This document shows, piece by piece, positions 56,082 to 64,000 of a DNA stretch of 64,000 nt. Location of the stretch: contig OZ242029.1 in assembly GCA_965205015.1 (NCBI GenBank), positions 5,472,001-5,536,000 of the forward strand. Reading direction: 5' to 3'. The notes under the pieces were generated by a model. It made no database searches, was not told the DNA's origin, and saw only the letters and a list, made by a program, of their open reading frames with translations. How positions within the stretch are numbered: the stretch's first letter is position 1; the number at the start of each line of letters is the position of its first letter. A program made the translations under genes and the position numbers. Origin of the DNA: Candidatus Poribacteria bacterium. Lineage in GTDB: Bacteria; Poribacteria; WGA-4E; WGA-3G.

Positions 56082-57689
56082 CTACGGATTAACGACCCGA
56101 ACCCTTTCGCCCTGTTTTAGAGAATGTTGTCCAGCAGTGACAACCGCCTCGCCTTCGGTAAGTCCATTCAGAACTTCAGCTTCACCAGCACGCAAAAGCC
56201 CTATTTCTACAACACGCCGCTGACTCACCCCATCCTCAATAACGAAGACAGTCTGTGTGTTCGCATTAGCATCTTCAACGAGTGAGGCACGCGAGATGAG
56301 AATCGCATCGGTATGGACTTTGATAGGGACGGTAACCTTCGCGAACATCCCCGGTCTAAGCGCTCCCTTTGGGTTATCAATATCGACTTCAACGATAGCT
56401 GTGCGACGCGCCGGCGTTAAAGTGGGACTAATAAAAGCAACCCTACCGGACATCTCGGCATCTATGCCATCAATCCGTATGGATGCTTGCTGATTGAGTG
56501 CCAATTGGCTCAACTGGACTTCAATCACCTCAACAGTGGCTTTGACGGTACTAATATTAACGATCTCAAAGAGCGGTGAGGCAGGAAGTGCCATGCCCCC
56601 TAAATCCAAGGTGCGTCTGGAGATAACCCCAGAAATTGGGGCGCGAATTGTGGCATCGTTTAGACGTTTTTGAGCGAGCTTAAGGGCAACCTCTGCCTGC
56701 GTGCGCGCGGTTTTCGCTGACGTAATTTCGGCTTCCCAACTTTTCGCTGTCTTTAAGGCTTCCGCGGAAATGAGTCCAGCCCGTGCAGTTTCGACTTGGG
56801 AACGCGCAAGCGCAATATCTTTCTCCCATGTCCTCGTAGAGGCTTGCGTCTGGGCAAGTCGTAAAGAGGCTTTCGCCTGCTCAACTTGCGCCTCCATGGC
56901 TTGAATATCCTCAGCACGCGCGCCGTTATCGATAAGTTGAAGTTGTTCAGAAGCGATTTTATGCTGGGCAGCGGCAATGTCTAACTGCGTCTTTGCACTT
57001 TCAAGGGCTTGCTGGCTAATTGCGCCATTTTGGAAGAGTTGCGCCATACGTTCGTGATTGCTTCTGGCATTCGCGAGATTTGCGTCGGCTTGACTCAATC
57101 CTGCCTCCGCTTGTCGTCGGTCTTCGTCACGAGCACCGCTTTTAATTTTCTGGAGATTCGCGACAAGAGACCCCAATGCCGCTTGTGCCTGCTCTATTTG
57201 CGTGACGGTTCGGATTTCAGAGAGGTCCACTACCTGTTGTAATGCAATCTCTGCAGCCCGAAACTGCGCCTTCGCCTGTGCAATCTGTGAGTTTACACGC
57301 ACTTCTGCGAGCTGTTTTGTCTGTTCATAAGCAGTTTTCGCCGCTTTCAGGGTTGCCTCTGTCTGTTGCACAGCGAGTTCGAGCTCCTCATGCTCCACAA
57401 CAGCAAGAGATGCGCCTTTTTCTACACTGTCCCCCTCATCTACATTTAAGACAACCAGACGCCCAGCGACTTTCGGAAAGACGCTGACTTGTGATTCCGC
57501 TTGAATAGTGCCGGACAATTCGAGTTCTGAACGAATCTCCCCGCGCTTTGCTTTCATAATTTCTACGGGTTTAAGGACTGTCGCTTGGGCTTGTTGAATT
57601 TCAGATTTTTCCGGCTTTAGAAACCGCGGCAGACCAATAATCGCTGCTATTGCTAATATTATGAGAATACCAATCAGTACTTTCTTCAA
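56082..57689 (-). CDS. Efflux RND periplasmic adaptor (MFP) with long alpha-hairpin
   Basis: N-terminal TM; VDEGDSVEKG, IRAPISGVI, LRPGMF, GLTEGEAVV. Confidence 0.9.
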   Translation of the reverse strand: MKKVLIGILIILAIAAIIGLPRFLKPEKSEIQQAQATVLKPVEIMKAKRGEIRSELELSGTIQAESQVSVFPKVAGRLVVLNVDEGDSVEKGASLAVVEHEELELAVQQTEATLKAAKTAYEQTKQLAEVRVNSQIAQAKAQFRAAEIALQQVVDLSEIRTVTQIEQAQAALGSLVANLQKIKSGARDEDRRQAEAGLSQADANLANARSNHERMAQLFQNGAISQQALESAKTQLDIAAAQHKIASEQLQLIDNGARAEDIQAMEAQVEQAKASLRLAQTQASTRTWEKDIALARSQVETARAGLISAEALKTAKSWEAEITSAKTARTQAEVALKLAQKRLNDATIRAPISGVISRRTLDLGGMALPASPLFEIVNISTVKATVEVIEVQLSQLALNQQASIRIDGIDAEMSGRVAFISPTLTPARRTAIVEVDIDNPKGALRPGMFAKVTVPIKVHTDAILISRASLVEDANANTQTVFVIEDGVSQRRVVEIGLLRAGEAEVLNGLTEGEAVVTAGQHSLKQGERVRVVNP

Positions 57690-57732
57690 TTTCTTTTCTC
57701 CTTATTAACCGACATCGTTAAGAACTTTTTGT

Positions 57733-59133
57733 TTATTGTAGTTTTTGTCCTATCGCTTTTTCGAGTCTCACTAAGCCAACAATGTAATCATGATATGCCT
57801 GAAGGCGGTTAACCTCTGCCTGTGCCAGTGCAAGCTGTGTGTCAGTCAACACGACTGTGGTAATAATTCCGTTCTGAAATTGGAGATTCGCAATGCGTAC
57901 ACTCTCGCGTGCTTGGGCAACTGACTCACGCTGGACCTCAATGATTGTTTCCGCCCCACGGAGGTTGAGATACGCCGATCGTACTTCAAATTCAACCCCG
58001 ACTTTCATTTGAGATCCGCCTAACTGGACCTGCTTTAGAACCGTCTCAGTTTGTTGCACGGCGGCGCGCGTCGCAAATCCATCAAAAATTGGAATATTGA
58101 TTTGAAATCCAAGACTCCAAATCCTATTCATTGCGGTGAGCCTTTCATTCTGTGAAATTTGATAGTTACTGAAGAATCCGAGATCCGGACGGCTTCGTGT
58201 TTTGGCGATGTCAATCTGTTTACGGGCAGCATCTTCTGCAAATTGTGTACGATGCACTTCGGGACGATTTTCAAGTGCCTGCTGAATAAGCACCTCAAGG
58301 TTTAACGCCGGTATTTTATGATTTTCTGGGATTTCAAGTGTGCCTTTCACCGATACATTCTCAGAGAGAGGTATATTAAGGACTGTTTTATAGGCATTTT
58401 TAGCGGTTTGAACACCGTTCTGCGCCCGAATGAGTTGTGATTCGGCATTTGCGAGCTGGACCTTGGCGCGAAGGACATCGAAATTGGTTGCAGCCCCCGC
58501 ATTCAGCGATGCTTCTGCGATTTTGAGTTGCTCTTCAACCAAAGAAACGCTTTGTTGTGCGACTCGTACAAATTCCTGTGCGACCAGCGCACCATAGAAC
58601 GCTTCGGCAACATCTAAGCGGAGTTGATTATAAGCGGCATCAACATCACGTTGCATCGCCTGATAGTTTAGCTGGGCGGCTTGATACCCGTAATAATAGC
58701 GTCCCCAAGCGAAGATAGGTTGTGTTAAACTGACTGTGCCTTGAACATTGTGATGGGCACCGAATTCCAACTCAATCAACTCGGATTCGTTATCCCCACT
58801 GGGGGGTGTCGGACCGCCCATTTCTCTGTTTGGCATAGGGGGCCCAAACCCGCCCTCGGCTTGAATTACTGATTTTTGTATGTCTTTATAATAGGTGTAA
58901 TTACCACTGGCTGTGATTCTTGGCAAGAGTCCTGCGCGTGCTGCACGAACTTCTGCCTCGGCGACTTTGAGGTTCTGCTCAGCCGTCTGAAGGGTCAGAT
59001 TGCTCTGTTTGGCAATCTCAATACTTTCCTCTAAGGTCAAAACCTGTGGTTCTTGCGCTACAACGGGAAGGTTAATGAGAAGGAAGAGAAAGGTTCCAAC
59101 ACCAACGAAGTGGCAGAACCGTAATATATTCAT
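57733..59133 (-). CDS. TolC family outer membrane protein
   Basis: LTLEESIEIA, LLPRI, LTQPIF, RPE, IPIFDG; start may be TTG 59151. Confidence 0.9.
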   Translation of the reverse strand: MNILRFCHFVGVGTFLFLLINLPVVAQEPQVLTLEESIEIAKQSNLTLQTAEQNLKVAEAEVRAARAGLLPRITASGNYTYYKDIQKSVIQAEGGFGPPMPNREMGGPTPPSGDNESELIELEFGAHHNVQGTVSLTQPIFAWGRYYYGYQAAQLNYQAMQRDVDAAYNQLRLDVAEAFYGALVAQEFVRVAQQSVSLVEEQLKIAEASLNAGAATNFDVLRAKVQLANAESQLIRAQNGVQTAKNAYKTVLNIPLSENVSVKGTLEIPENHKIPALNLEVLIQQALENRPEVHRTQFAEDAARKQIDIAKTRSRPDLGFFSNYQISQNERLTAMNRIWSLGFQINIPIFDGFATRAAVQQTETVLKQVQLGGSQMKVGVEFEVRSAYLNLRGAETIIEVQRESVAQARESVRIANLQFQNGIITTVVLTDTQLALAQAEVNRLQAYHDYIVGLVRLEKAIGQKLQ

Positions 59134-59159
59134 CGCGGTTGCATCCTCCAATTTTAATC

Positions 59160-59302
59160 GTTGTCGGTTGTCAGTTCAGATTTTTTACTCCATAAAAAAT
59201 CCTTTCGGTTTTCAGTTAAAAAGAGACTTGTGGCAGGTTACGTTTACTTTAATAACCACAAGGTTCCCTTAACTGATAACCGACAACTGACAACCGATAA
59301 CT
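59160..59302. repeat. Element bounded by inverted heptamer arrays
   Basis: GTTGTCGGTTGTCAGTT versus AACTGACAACCGATAAC (16/17 complementary). Confidence 0.65.
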
Positions 59303-59307
59303 ATTCC

Positions 59308-61203
59308 TTAATAGCGGATGATTGTTGTCGAATCGCCAACTGCCCAGACCTGACCACTTGGTGTTTGGACGAGATCCCACAGATGGCTCATCGTGGGCGA
59401 TTCCTGCATCAACCACGTGACACCACCATCGGATGTGTAAAGAATTGTTCCACCGTCTCCAGCTGCCCACCCCTCGTTGGCATCTCGGAAGAGAATCGCA
59501 TTCAGGTTAGCATCCGTTGGGACTGTCTGATCGACCCATGTTGCGCCCCCGTCCGTAGTTGCCATGATAGCACCCTGGTCGCCAGCGATCCACGCGGTCT
59601 GTTCGTTAATGGCATAGACATCATTCAATTTCGGTCCTTGTAAGATAGATGCCCAAGTTAACCCACCATCCATCGTCTTCGCGATCGTTCCAGCATCACC
59701 GACGATCCAGCCAATACTTTCATTTATGAAGTGAACACCATAGAGGTTGTTGAAGCCTGCGCCTGTCATCATGGGATCCATGTCTTGACCGATCCACGTT
59801 TGCCCTGCATCGTTCGTGTGCATAACCCGTCCGGTTTCTCCGACTGCCCAGGCATGTGTTGGTGTACCAAAACTCATCGCATAGGATCCCATAGCACTCC
59901 GCCAACTCATTATGCCTTCAAACTGGATTCGCTGGGCAGTGCCGTGCCCCTCATCGCCTGGGTCACTAACCCCATGCCATGTCATTCCACCATCAAGTGT
60001 TTCGACTAACGCGGCGTTGCTACCGACGATATATCCTCTGCTTTCATCAACAAACCCGACGCCGAAGAGTTCAAAGACATCCCCACTATTCTGAGGTTTC
60101 CATGTTTCGCCGCCATCGTTGGTGTGCAAAACACTCCCCGACAAGCCGACTGCCCACCCCAGTGTATCCCCATGAAAATGGGCAGCGCGAAGTTCACTCG
60201 TGCTGGAAACGACATCCCAAGTATCCCCACCATCGGTTGTGTGCAGGATAGTAGCGTCTTTACCGACGATCCATGCTTCGGTTGGACTGAGCATGTGAAC
60301 ACCCTCGAGGCGAGCCGCAACCGGACGCGGTTCAAGCGGTGCCCAAGTCGTACCACCATCGGTTGTCCGAAGAATCACGCCGAATTCTGCGGCAGCGATA
60401 CCTACCTTTTCATCGGCAAAATGGACATCCCAAACGGGCTCAGGCATACCATTAGAATGCGGGACTTTACTCTCTTGCACAACCCATTCGGCACCGTCAA
60501 CTGTGGCAACGACAGCCCCACCGGCACCAACTGCCCAACCGACTTTGTCATTTAGCATGGAAATAGCATCAAGCGTGTTGACTGTGGCACTGGTCTGGAA
60601 TTCCCATGTCTGTCCCCCATCTTTGGTGTGAAGGAGGGTGCCACCGCCGCCTGCCGCCCAACCGACCATCGCACTCACAAAGTCGATGCCTTCAATTGTG
60701 TTATTGGTATCAATCTCCTGTTTTGCCCAGGTTGTGCCACCGTTTTTTGTGCTAATGATGAGCCCGCCATCTCCACTTGCCCATCCATGTTGGTCATCAG
60801 CAAAGGAGACTGCTAAGAGCGCAGTGCGGGTACCTGTATTCTTTTTCATCCAAGTCTGCCCGCCATCCGTGGTTTTCAGGACCATACCATCGTCTCCGAC
60901 AACCCAGCCAGTTTGCGGATCGATAAAGCGGACTTTCTTTAGCATGATGTCAAACGGCAGGGGTTGACTCGGTTGTCTATTCCAGGTCATGCCCCCATCT
61001 GTGGTATGCAGAATTGTTGAATTGCTACCAACGATCCAGCCATGTTGTGCATCTACAAAAAAGACATCTGAAAAGCCCGCCCGCCACTCAGATTCGCTCA
61101 CTTTCACCCACGATTTTTGTGCAAACGCGAACTGCACGGTGCAAAGCAAGAGCAGGACTATCAGAATAGAAAATATGTGTTTTCTCGATTTCATCAGATT
61201 CAT
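59308..61203 (-). CDS. Secreted YCF48-related (BNR-repeat) beta-propeller protein
   Basis: Signal peptide; about 14 GW.VG..G.IL.T.DGG.TW repeats. Confidence 0.9.
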   Translation of the reverse strand: MNLMKSRKHIFSILIVLLLLCTVQFAFAQKSWVKVSESEWRAGFSDVFFVDAQHGWIVGSNSTILHTTDGGMTWNRQPSQPLPFDIMLKKVRFIDPQTGWVVGDDGMVLKTTDGGQTWMKKNTGTRTALLAVSFADDQHGWASGDGGLIISTKNGGTTWAKQEIDTNNTIEGIDFVSAMVGWAAGGGGTLLHTKDGGQTWEFQTSATVNTLDAISMLNDKVGWAVGAGGAVVATVDGAEWVVQESKVPHSNGMPEPVWDVHFADEKVGIAAAEFGVILRTTDGGTTWAPLEPRPVAARLEGVHMLSPTEAWIVGKDATILHTTDGGDTWDVVSSTSELRAAHFHGDTLGWAVGLSGSVLHTNDGGETWKPQNSGDVFELFGVGFVDESRGYIVGSNAALVETLDGGMTWHGVSDPGDEGHGTAQRIQFEGIMSWRSAMGSYAMSFGTPTHAWAVGETGRVMHTNDAGQTWIGQDMDPMMTGAGFNNLYGVHFINESIGWIVGDAGTIAKTMDGGLTWASILQGPKLNDVYAINEQTAWIAGDQGAIMATTDGGATWVDQTVPTDANLNAILFRDANEGWAAGDGGTILYTSDGGVTWLMQESPTMSHLWDLVQTPSGQVWAVGDSTTIIRY

Positions 61204-61204
61204 A

Positions 61205-61242
61205 GCGTTGGAACCCACGCCTTTTAGGTGTGGAGTGAACGC
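61205..61242. other. Hairpin resembling an IS200/IS605 end, lying between SD and start codon
   Basis: GCGTT..CCACGCCT-TTT-AGGTGTGG..AACGC. Confidence 0.5.
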
Positions 61243-61355
61243 CAACCTCCTTACATATCAAGATGGGCTTGTAAACAATGCCCTTCGTTTTAGGTCGTGT
61301 CTTATACTGTTCAAGAACTGTGAACTGAAGTCTATACGCTTCATTCTATGGTTAT

Positions 61356-61385
61356 ATAATATCACGAGATAACAATTCCTGTCAA
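61356..61385 (-). promoter_or_regulatory. Sigma70-like promoter for the YCF48-TolC-MFP genes
   Basis: TTGACA-18-TATTAT with TGn extension. Confidence 0.55.
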
Positions 61386-61488
61386 TTGAAAAATACAGGG
61401 GGTTTGGTTTCCAGTTTGCTGACCTGATGGATAGAATGCCGAGAAGAAACGGCGATGGAAGCGTGGTCTGACGCCTTGCAAATTTGGA

Positions 61489-61517
61489 TTGACACCCGTT
61501 AAATTCCGTGCCATAAT
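61489..61517 (+). promoter_or_regulatory. Sigma70-like promoter for the LamG gene
   Basis: TTGACA-17-CATAAT. Confidence 0.6.
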
Positions 61518-61609
61518 AATTTAGACCGATGTGAAGTCAAAAAGTTCTCACAAACTTGTCTAATTCAGTTTGTGCAGACATAAACATCTAAATAGATTAG
61601 GAGATTTCG

Positions 61610-62413
61610 ATGAAATTTATGACGCGATTAACCTTTGTAGGACTCAGCTTAATATTGAGCGCCTGTCTGCTGGCTAACCCCGCATTCGCGCAACTTGGGA
61701 TGAAAAACTTGACGGGTCTCTGGTTGTTCGATGAAGGGAGTGGTGACGTTGCTGCAGATTCTTCAGATAGCGCGCTGGATGCTACGGTGGTAGGCAACTC
61801 GACGTGGGTTAGCGGCGTATTCGGTTCCGGATTGGAACTCAATGGCTCAGATGCTTACGTTGAAGTTCCTGCACACGTGAACCCGACGGATGCTATTACT
61901 GTTTCGATCTGGGTTAAAAGCATGACGGATAACTGGAATCAGCACGGTTGGATGGTCGAGAAACGAAATGCGTATATTATTCATCCTAACGCCGATACCA
62001 AAAACGTCTCGTGGCCGATTTGTAACGGTGGCTGCTGGAATAAACCCGGTGGCTGGCGCGATGGAGAAATCGGACCCGATGACATCACTGAATGGCATCT
62101 CTATACCACCACTTTCGACAGTGCAACGGGTGAGTGGAATATCTATATTGATGGTGTAGCAGAGAGCACAATGGAAATCAACACCGATCCAATTGATGCT
62201 GACGATGGTGAACTTTATATTGGTCGAGACACGTGTTGTGACGGTAGATTCGGCGATGCCGTCATTGATGAGGTTGCCATTTTCAACGTCGCACTCAGTG
62301 CCGCTGAGATCAAATTGATGATGGATAAAGGGCTGTCGGCGTTGCTACTGACACCCGTTGAACCCGAGGGCAAACTCTCAACGACTTGGGCGAGCGTTAA
62401 ACAGCAGTATTAA
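61610..62413 (+). CDS. Secreted LamG/concanavalin-like domain protein with conserved C-terminal tail
   Basis: GLWLFDEGSG, WHLY, IYIDG, IDEVAIFNVALS, VEPEGKLSTTWASVK. Confidence 0.9.
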   Translation: MKFMTRLTFVGLSLILSACLLANPAFAQLGMKNLTGLWLFDEGSGDVAADSSDSALDATVVGNSTWVSGVFGSGLELNGSDAYVEVPAHVNPTDAITVSIWVKSMTDNWNQHGWMVEKRNAYIIHPNADTKNVSWPICNGGCWNKPGGWRDGEIGPDDITEWHLYTTTFDSATGEWNIYIDGVAESTMEINTDPIDADDGELYIGRDTCCDGRFGDAVIDEVAIFNVALSAAEIKLMMDKGLSALLLTPVEPEGKLSTTWASVKQQY

Positions 62414-62421
62414 TTCCAATC

Positions 62422-62456
62422 AAGAGGCGGGTGATGCTTGCCATACCCGCCTTCTT
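62422..62456 (+). terminator. Probable intrinsic terminator
   Basis: AGGCGGGT...ACCCGCCT followed by TCTT. Confidence 0.6.
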
Positions 62457-62499
62457 CTCACTTACGACTATCTCTCCGTGGGCAAATTTTGCTGTCTTG

Positions 62500-62550
62500 T
62501 GTGAGCCTTTTCACAATTTCTTTGACAGCAATTCGCTTCTATGCCATACT
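62500..62550 (+). promoter_or_regulatory. TGTGA-N6-TCACA site next to a sigma70-like promoter
   Basis: TGTGAGCCTTTTCACA at 62500-62515; TTGACA-17-CATACT at 62522-62550. Confidence 0.5.
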
Positions 62551-62691
62551 AACCAAATAAGTTCGGGCTTAATTTCAAGCGTGCGTAGTGAGCAAGAGTC
62601 GCTCCTGTCGCTTAGTCTTCATTTTTAGTCTTCATTTCCAGAAAGGAACCGTTCGGCAGAGTTTGTAAGCCGAAAATTTGCCACCAAAATT

Positions 62692-63750
62692 ATGAAACCT
62701 GTAAAAGTAGGTGTAATCGGATGCGGTGTGATTGGCAGCAGACACCTCAGTATCGCATCAGAGGCATCACATATTGAGTTAGTTGCTGCAGCGGACCTCA
62801 TCGAGGAAAACAGAACACGTGCTGCAGAACGTTTCAACCCACCCAAAATGTATAGTAACGACGCTGATTTGCTCGACGATGATGATGTCGAAGCAGTTGT
62901 TCTTGCATTTCCGACGCAATACCGAACAGCCGTAGCCCTACGCGCATTTGAAAGGGGCAAGCATGTACTGATTGAAAAGCCGATCGCGATGAACGCCGCT
63001 GAGGTTGAACAACTCATCGCTGGACGGGGCGATTTAATCTCAGGGTGCTGTTCCTCACGGAAGCGTTTCACGGCATCCGCTCGGCTTGCAACACAACTCA
63101 TCACAAGCGGGGGTTTAGGAGAGCTCCGTACCGTTCACTGCCGCGCCATTGTCGGGGCAGGAAAAAAGCCGGACACTCCGCGTCCTGCCTGGCGGTTGAT
63201 TAAGGCTCTCAACGGTGGCGGGATCCTTGTTAACTGGGGATGCTACGACCTCGACTACCTACTCGGCATCACAGGATGGCAACTCAAGCCACAGACTGTA
63301 TTTGCGCAAACGTGGACCGTGCCTCAAGTATTTGAATCGCATATCGCTTCCGGTTCCGATGCTGAAACGCACTATACCGCAATTATCCGTTGTGAGGACG
63401 GTATTGTGCTAAGCGTGGAACGCGGTGAATTCATGACGATGCATTCGCACGCAGAATGGGAAATTATCGGCACGGACGGCTCCCTTAAACTGAATATGCA
63501 GGACGGGAAACCGGAAAGCGTCCTCCATAACCGCACCACAACAGAAGGGGGTGTGGCGTCTACATCTCTCACGGAAGCGGACAAAACTGCCGAAACGGAA
63601 CACAGCACACCGTTGTCTGACTTCGCTGCCGCTATCCGCGAGAACCGACAACCCTCGACCAGTCTGGAAAAAGCCCTTGTTGTCCAGAAAATAACCGATG
63701 CAATCTACGCTTCCGCAGAAACAGGAAATGCTGCGGAAATAGGGGGATAA
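62692..63750 (+). CDS. Gfo/Idh/MocA family oxidoreductase
   Basis: GVIGCGVIG, GKHVLIEKP, GGGILVNWGCY, AIYASA. Confidence 0.92.
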   Translation: MKPVKVGVIGCGVIGSRHLSIASEASHIELVAAADLIEENRTRAAERFNPPKMYSNDADLLDDDDVEAVVLAFPTQYRTAVALRAFERGKHVLIEKPIAMNAAEVEQLIAGRGDLISGCCSSRKRFTASARLATQLITSGGLGELRTVHCRAIVGAGKKPDTPRPAWRLIKALNGGGILVNWGCYDLDYLLGITGWQLKPQTVFAQTWTVPQVFESHIASGSDAETHYTAIIRCEDGIVLSVERGEFMTMHSHAEWEIIGTDGSLKLNMQDGKPESVLHNRTTTEGGVASTSLTEADKTAETEHSTPLSDFAAAIRENRQPSTSLEKALVVQKITDAIYASAETGNAAEIGG

Positions 63751-63751
63751 T

Positions 63752-64000
63752 ATGAAATTCCGTGGATTCACAATATTATGCAGTATTTGCTGCAGTCTCA
63801 TTGTCATCTCAGTTGGCAATGCCGAAATTAACATCGACGACTTTGCTGGCATCTGGCTCTTTGATGAAGGTAAAGGATCAGTTGTTAAAGATTTCACCGA
63901 GAACGGGAACGATGGGGAATTTGATGGACCTAAATGGATCAATGGAAAGTTCGGCAAAGCACTGGAATTTGATGGAAGCCCGAAATATGTTATTATTGAG
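63752..64000 (+). CDS. Secreted LamG domain protein, truncated by window edge
   Basis: Manual translation MKFRGF...AGIWLFDEGKGSVVKD...GKFGKALEFDG. Confidence 0.85.
   Translation, partial: MKFRGFTILCSICCSLIVISVGNAEINIDDFAGIWLFDEGKGSVVKDFTENGNDGEFDGPKWINGKFGKALEFDGSPKYVIIE

Noticed and set aside
61451-61480. GGCGATGG...TGACGCCT resembling a fluoride riboswitch
   Set aside because: It is too short and lacks the P1 pairing and the remaining conserved elements.

Overview
Gene-dense bacterial chromosome segment with no rRNA, tRNA, CRISPR array, prophage or intact transposase visible. The gene content points to Candidatus Poribacteria or a relative (inference, not a database match): LamG proteins with a VEPxGKLxTTWAxxK tail, dockerin/WD40/LRR surface proteins, several PhyH, Gfo/Idh/MocA and sulfatase genes, and large uncharacterised membrane proteins. 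Recognisable genes include a Tat-exported PaoABC-like molybdoenzyme operon, trxA, waaA, folB, moaDE, an argE-like gene, rsmE-rpe-PASTA-fmt, a tatAC...pgeF-yggS-proC-yggT-'ileS'-lspA cluster, a PhyH/sulfatase catabolic cluster, a PorV gene next to secreted proteins, and TolC plus an MFP. The most notable observations are: (1) an intact ~910-aa IleRS homologue at the ileS-lspA position that lacks the HIGH, KMSKS and editing motifs; (2) two PD-(D/E)XK nuclease genes (Rpn-like and Uma2-like) with their cores deleted, the Rpn one keeping an internal SD+ATG for an RpnS-like product; (3) TATAGT-bounded cassettes carrying interchangeable REP hairpins; (4) a CCGCAAGG motif exactly 4 nt before three unrelated start codons; (5) a PhyH pair with an HXG, halogenase-like motif; and (6) translation oddities (ATT start of rpe, MoaD ending GG-CNV, an SD bridged by a hairpin). 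All family calls come from recognising motifs by eye.
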